Of a DNA stretch of 64,000 nucleotides, positions 54,811 to 64,000 are shown piece by piece (position 1 is the stretch's first letter; each line of letters begins with the position of its first letter). The notes beneath the pieces are model-generated. The model did not search any database, was not told where the DNA came from, and saw nothing but the letters and a program-made list of their open reading frames with translations. The DNA lies in assembly GCF_009914755.1 (NCBI RefSeq), contig NC_060936.1; one strand, 5' to 3'. Source of the stretch: the human T2T-CHM13v2.0 reference genome, Homo sapiens. The position numbers were made by a program, and so were the translations under genes.

Positions 54811-56339
54811 GTTTTTTTTTTTTAGATCTGTATATGCAGCCTTAGGCAAGTGACTCCCTCTTGCACTTGCTCTCCCAGCTTTGAATTGGGGAGGTGGGAC
54901 ATGTGGATGAAATCATCTGTGAAGCTCCTCTCAGCTGCTGCAGTCTGGAGGTAGGATGCTGTCTCATCATCCAGCTTCCCCAAACTGTTTGCTTTATCAC
55001 CTGCTACACTTGATCATCTACACGGGAGTTACCCACCTTGTCCATGATGACTGGAAGTGTTTACATTCCCTGCTGGGAGATTTGTTTCTCTCTCTCTGCT
55101 TTGCTTAAAATGTCCACACTGGATTAGGGATAAACTTAAGGAAGGCATATTCCTTTAATCTAATATATATTATTAGATTATATATTTTTATAATGTAACA
55201 TTACAGGTACCTATAATAGCGCAACAGATTTCCTCAATAGCAAATCTAAATATGTAAGTAGAACCTTCGCCCTACTTCCCAATAGGAAATACACATGGCT
55301 TCTGTAATATTATGAAATCCATGGTCTTGCTCTCTCAACTTTGGTGCCCATAACCAGAAGCTCATTTTGCCAGGACAAAAAGAGGTTAAAGCACCTCAGG
55401 TGCCCTCAGCTGGGGAATCCTAGAAAACTGAAGGTTATAGCAGAACTTGAGAGCAAAGGCCATTGAAGTCCAGACCATTGATCAATAGCTGCAGCCTCAA
55501 CTCCCTTTTCCTTCCCTCTCAACCCCTCACCCCCTCACCCCCTCCTCTTTTCCGCCAACACACTCTTTTTCCTGGAAACCCTCTCCTGGCCTCCACTGCT
55601 ACAGCCTGTGGGAGATAAGACATGTGTCCCACGGGTGGGGGAGGCCAAGCCTGTGTGAGTGATTTTACAAAAGGTTCACTTTGGGTGATAAGAACAGGGT
55701 TATGACTGTTCTACTTAGAGCTAAGCCAGGGAAGAGGGGGACAGCTTTGAAGGAAGGTTTCTCAGTGGAAGATTTGTTCATTTGTTTCCTCCCTCCTGAA
55801 ACCCTACAAATATTCTTACTTCCAGGAGTCTCCTTAACTCTCCTTTCTTTGTCTCCATCACTCTTTACCCTCCAAGAAAAATGTATTTTCACTTTATATT
55901 AGAATGGTGCTTTTTAGCTTTTCAAAATATTTTTATAATGGTTGTCTCATAGAAATAGTCCACTTGGACAGGCACTTCCCCCCAAGCTGTTCTTCCTACA
56001 AGTTATTGTGAAGCCACAGCTCCTTTTGGCTGGCAAGACTAGGGCATTTATGGTGCTTACTGGAGGAACCAAGAGCCCCAGCCTCGCTGTCCCCACCCAG
56101 GGCCCCCCCACATGTCTCCTCTTTGGGCCTTTTCAAATCAGAACCCCACCAGTTTTCTGAACTTGGGAGACTTGTATCCCCTCCCTCTGTTTCTTCTCCT
56201 TCCTTTCCTACCAATGCACCCAAACCGGAGTGACCCTGGAGTCTCTTCTCCCCATCCTCCTCTTTGTATGAGCCATGAAAACAGAATCTGAGAGTTGGAC
56301 ATTGGGAACCCTGGCGATCATCATCCTTGCCTGTTTTTA

Positions 56340-56776
<437 letters not shown>

Positions 56777-57701
56777 TACAAGAAGAAAACTGAGGTCTCC
56801 AGAGTGATTTGCCCAAGGTTACACGGCCAAGTTGAGGGCAGAGCTTAGAATTAGAATCAGGTTTCTGACCCTGAGCACAGATGCCCTTCCAGCACCCCTC
56901 ACTGCAGTAATTCATTTGAACACACTCACTGGAAGGGAATCAGCCACCTGGGCTCTGAGCCTGCCTCAGGACTAGCAGGTGACTTTTCATCTGCCCCATA
57001 CAGGCATCTCACCCCTCATCTGTGCCACCTGGAATATGCGTGCTGTGAAGATCATGGAAGCCACACTTTGGCATTGGAGGAGCCCTTTGCACACAGACCC
57101 CTCCTGCCCTCCTTAGTCCTAGCACTGCCCAGGGAGCAGTGAAGCTTGACTTCCCATAACTTCATGGCCCTCATCTTAGGGGTATGAACTCCTTTTAGTG
57201 CCTACAAGGAAGGTTTTGGAATCATTTCTTGCACAATTGTTTTGTCTCCAGCCCTGGTCTTTCCCATACTAACTCACATCATGGAGTGGCAGGAGCTGAG
57301 CCACGAGTCTTGGAAGCTGCCTTCACCCTCCCCTCTGTAGGTCTCGTTTCTGGCCTTTGTTGAATACAGGGATTCAACTAGCAGAGGTGTTCCTTCAGGC
57401 AGATCCAGCTCTGAAACCTGTGTGCCTCAGCCTCCCATCATGGCTGCACTAACCATTGCCTCAGCATTATCATCTCTAGACCCAGAAATCGAGCTTCTAG
57501 AGTTAAAAAATATATATATGGCTTTCTTTACAGATGTCTAAGAATTTGTGTCTTGGTTGAGGCATTCCAACAGTTTCTAGACACCTCCACTATCCTCAAA
57601 CTAATCTCACTTTTTCTGGGGGTAGGAGGGAATTACTATTATTTTTAATTCTAAGGTAGAGCTTCCTGAACTGTATGTTCTGGAAGCCACCACGGGGGTA
57701 A

Positions 57702-58096
<395 letters not shown>

Positions 58097-58943
58097 AAAA
58101 CATTCTCATTTTCTGTGTGGGCCATGGTGTGAAAAGATTGAAAAGCTGTTGAACCAAGGTCCACACACTAGCTACAGGTATAATAACAACCACAGTGACA
58201 AAGTGCTTTTGCAGACCCACTCTGGGCTACGTATAACCCCATGACGCAGGCTGGGGCAGTATCATAACATGACATGTTTAAGTCACATGCCCAAGATGAC
58301 CTGTCATTGAAGCCGGGACTAGATCCTGCGCCGTAAGTCGTGTGTAGTGACATCCCTTACATTTGCAAATAACTTTCCTAACCGTACACTTTTCACAGAG
58401 CATTCTCACAGGCGTTCTTTTATTCTATCTTCCCCAAACCCCATGAGATATGAAGAATCCTCATCTTTCATTTGAAGAAACTGAGGAACAATCTGTGACT
58501 TGCCAAAGAGCACACACCTAGTATGTGGCAGAACTGAGAGTCAAATCCAGGTTTTCTTACTCTGAATTCAGATCTTTGTCAATGACCCCACAGCCCTCTT
58601 CTATGAATGTCCCTGTTTCCAAGAACGTATCTTCAGGACTGAAGCCACCAGGATGGGCACGTGGCGGGCCAAGGGCAGGGACTGGGGGAGGGAGGGGAAC
58701 TTGGTACATGGGGAACAAGTTCTATTCAGGGCGAGATTTGATATTTCTTTTCTGGGCGGGGGACGAAGGAGCAATGGTTAGAGCCTTTGGTTCTTCTGCC
58801 TGCAGGGCTCAGCCAGGCTGCTGTCTACTCCTGTGAGCCCACTCAATTCCTTGATCCCAAACCAGAGGGAAGGCAGCCATGCTTCCAAGGCTGGGATTCT
58901 GCCCAAGGAAGGAACAATGGAAACTTGGGACTGCAGAGGAGCC

Positions 58944-58945
<2 letters not shown>

Positions 58946-58978
<33 letters not shown>

Positions 58979-58987
58979 TGTGTGTGT
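58946..58987. repeat. (TG)n microsatellite
   Basis: Direct inspection. Confidence 0.95.
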
Positions 58988-59589
58988 CCACACAGGCTGT
59001 CCAGTCTGATTGGTGCTCAAAGGCTGCCCTAGAGGGCCCAGCCCACCCTCTCAGGATGCCTGGGGCTTGTCACGCAGCCCACATCAGGGAGCAGACATCC
59101 TGGTTCCCACTCACCTCGTTGGAGCCGGTGACCCAGGCCAGCCCACCACGTTTGGGACTCTGCACATCCGGACTGGTGTTATCTCGGGATCCTGGGACTC
59201 CTTGGCTCCCCTGCCCTGCCTCCTCCCTTCCCTGTGGACACGTAGCCACCACACACTTCTCGGAGGGCTATTTCTAGCCGAGGGGCCGGTCTTTCAGCCC
59301 CAGCCTGTCAGCTCCGGCCGTCTGTGTGCTGCAGCTGGGACGGGTGGCCTGACACATTGTGGGTTCAGCAGAATGCAGGATGTGGGGGCTTCCGGAGGCA
59401 GCATCCCCTCAGCCTGCTGGAGGTCAGGGTTGCTGAGATGTGGGGGTGGAGGACAGACAGGATGCTCCTGCCGCGTGGTCAGGAGGAGCTGGGTGTCTAT
59501 GGGAGAGGCTAGATCTCAGCCTCCTCACACCTCTAGCAGGTCTCTGACCTTCAGCAGCCCTTTCCCTGGCAAGAATCATTTATTTGTCT

Positions 59590-59860
59590 TTAGTAGAGCA
59601 GATGGTGAATAGCCCTGTGGTTGAATGCAGGCCCTGGGTTAGACAGTCTGGCTCAGAAGCCAAACTATGCCCTGTATGAGGTGTACCATCTTTGTCAACT
59701 CACCTTGCTTCTCTGAGCCTCAGTTTCCTGATCTGTGGCAAACGGAATAACAGTACCTGCCTCATTATATTGTTGACAGGATTCAATAATATGACACTTA
59801 CAATGCTTCATGTCACATGAAGTGCTCACGGAAACCTGCTGGGTAAGTGGTAAATGTTTA
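59590..59860 (+). mobile_element. MIR
   Basis: cttctctgagcctcagtttcctgatctg core followed by aataacagtacctgcctca. Confidence 0.75.
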
Positions 59861-60300
59861 TTGTTGTTTTGTTGCTGTTGCTGTTGCAGTTGTTATTGTT
59901 CCTTTTCCAAACCCCAACCTCCTATCACAACTTCAGGTCATTCCAACAAGCCTCTCACCGCCCAGCAGGATTCCTCACAGGTGGCCATCAGAATTACTGC
60001 TATTTCAGAGTGATTTCAGATGCCTGGCACATTTTAGGTGCTCCATAAGTTTTCACCAAATGAAGGAATAAATTCTTCCCTTAGTTTGATATGCTGGAAA
60101 GAACACTGACCTTGCAATTAAGACAAAAACCAAAAACAAACCCTGGGTTAGTCCTCAGCCACGCCACTTGGCCAGTGTTGTGATGTGGCAGAGGAAGCTC
60201 ACTCGGTGTCCCTAAGTCCCCCACCTAAGGCCCTGGCTCCCACCTGGCCTCTTTCCTGGTTGGGAGGACGAATGTGCACAGGGTTGGCACCGCTCTCTAA

Positions 60301-60814
<514 letters not shown>

Positions 60815-61659
60815 TGAGGTTTGCCTTAATGGTGCCACGGTCTCTTCCGTCTTTTTTATTCTCTCCCTCAAAACATGGGACTCCCTTCCTTCCAAGTTGA
60901 AGGAACTGAGCCAACTCACCCCATTAAGGAAGCCTTCCCCCACCAGCTTCACCCAAATCCAAGAACTCCATCCAACTCATCACCCAAATGCTCCCCGTAC
61001 AGAGGCATTGAGAATGACGTACACTTTTCCTCTGAGTGTATTTTCATATTTTTGAGGAATTCATTCACTTATTTGCCATAACTTTATGAGAATCATCCGG
61101 GCACCTTCCACCCTCCCTTGGTGTCTTTCTAAGCAAAGTCACCTGATCTGGATTGAACCTCACCACAGCTCTCTGAGGGAAGTAAGCCTAGTCTTACTTT
61201 GTCTTCATTTTCTAGGTGAGGTCATGGACACCTAAAAAGGGTGACTGACAGACCCAAGGTCTCATAGCCAACGCATTGTGCCCAGGTCTCCAGTTTCCTG
61301 TGCTTTGTGGCTGGGGGATCCTGAAGGTGACATCGGGGGTGTAACAGGGTTCTTCTGATGTGTCACCTGATGTGGGAGCTCCAAATTCATGTGTCATGGA
61401 TTTGAAGATTCCAATCCTCTTACTGGCTGTCATCTTGGAGAAGCTACGTGATGTCTCTGAGCTTAGTTAACATGTCTATAAAATGGGGATATAACATCTA
61501 CCTCATATGCAACATATCTGGCCCCTCATAGGTACCCAACATTTCCTCCCTTTCCTTCTATTTCCTCAAAGAACCCAACCATCCCTAAAAAGTGCATATT
61601 CATATTTCCATTCCCCCATCTCACCATAAAGGTCTTTCAAGGTAAGGTGAACAGAAGAT

Positions 61660-63130
<1,471 letters not shown>

Positions 63131-64000
63131 CCAAGAATTGTTGCTCAGAGAGTTTCGGCTGAGAAACCTGAGTGCCTGATTCCTGGATTAACGTTGGTTG
63201 CCGTGGATTCCTGAAGGCGAGAAGATGTACAGTAGATGTCACAGGCGAGCGTGCTGCCTTTGTCATGAGCAGAACTTCTAGCCTGGTGAGCTCTGCTGGG
63301 TAGCGTGTGAATGCTAAGGGCCTCACAACTAATTTGAAATGCTGACCAAAGACAGACAGAAGGCAGCTTCTCAACCTCTTTCCTCCAAGCTTCTATTCTA
63401 CTCCTCACCCTTGGGGTTTAACCTTTCCAATTGCCAAAGGAGGAGATGAATACATATATTTAAATAAATGAAAGATTGAAGGCTTCTTTCCTAAAGGCTT
63501 GAGCAGAGCTAATGTAGCCTCTTCTCCCTCTACCCTCCCTCCAGCCCCATCACAGTGGGCTGGACTTCTAAGGAGATAGGGAAGGAATAAAAGAGATCTT
63601 AGTGGCTGAGAAGAGGGCATGGTGAGATTTACCTGCTGCCGCTTCTATGTAAAGTTCGTTTATTCCCCCTACTGAAAAGCTCCAGCTGAGGGTATCAGGA
63701 CCCCAGTGTATACCTCTAAAAGGAAGAGGCCCATTTTTCTATTGACTCATATCGCCTCCATTCCCTGGAGGTGGAGCTAAGAAGTCTTAAGCTCTCTTTA
63801 GAGCTCAGAATGTGTCCTTAATTATAAGGAATGGGGAAAGGAAAACAAGAGGGTAGGGTGTTAGGGAAGCCAGAGGAAGCAACATTTCCAGAAAGAGGAC
63901 ATAAGCAACCATGTCAAATGCTGCAGACAGGAGACATAGCTAAAGGACCAAATAATTTTTTATTTATGATTTTGCAAAGAGCTGTTTCAATGAAGTAGGA

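Noticed and set aside
58879-59612. 132-aa and 200-aa ORFs in a GC-rich patch upstream of FGF23
   Set aside because: Low-information composition and a microsatellite-derived segment; possible enhancer but not supportable from sequence alone.

Overview
Human (primate) genomic DNA, recognised from the translated exons as the TIGAR-FGF23 locus (12p13, from memory). It contains TIGAR coding exons 3-6 plus a long 3' UTR on the + strand (3817-19468 coding), and the complete three-exon FGF23 gene convergent on the - strand (ATG 46350, stop 37120, 251 aa, intact RHTR cleavage site), followed by about 17 kb of FGF23 upstream sequence. Most of the remainder is interspersed repeat: more than 20 Alus, a nested L1-in-L1 block in TIGAR intron 3, old L1M/L2/MIR, MaLR solo LTRs, MER58, Tigger4 and MADE1. 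Nearly all other ORFs in the track are repeat-derived. I found no new protein-coding system. The most notable structures are: (1) a 215-bp, ~85% identical inverted repeat about 2 kb upstream of FGF23; (2) an Alu whose apparent target-site duplication copied the TIGAR exon-3 splice donor; (3) a spliced-5'UTR L1 (SpIRE type) nested in an older L1; (4) a 134-bp inverted copy of a MADE1/Alu junction; (5) an Alu in the TIGAR 3' UTR with its A-tail replaced by a G-quadruplex motif; and (6) several template-switch scars in Alus upstream of FGF23. Repeat subfamily calls were made by eye from remembered consensus features and need RepeatMasker/Dfam confirmation.
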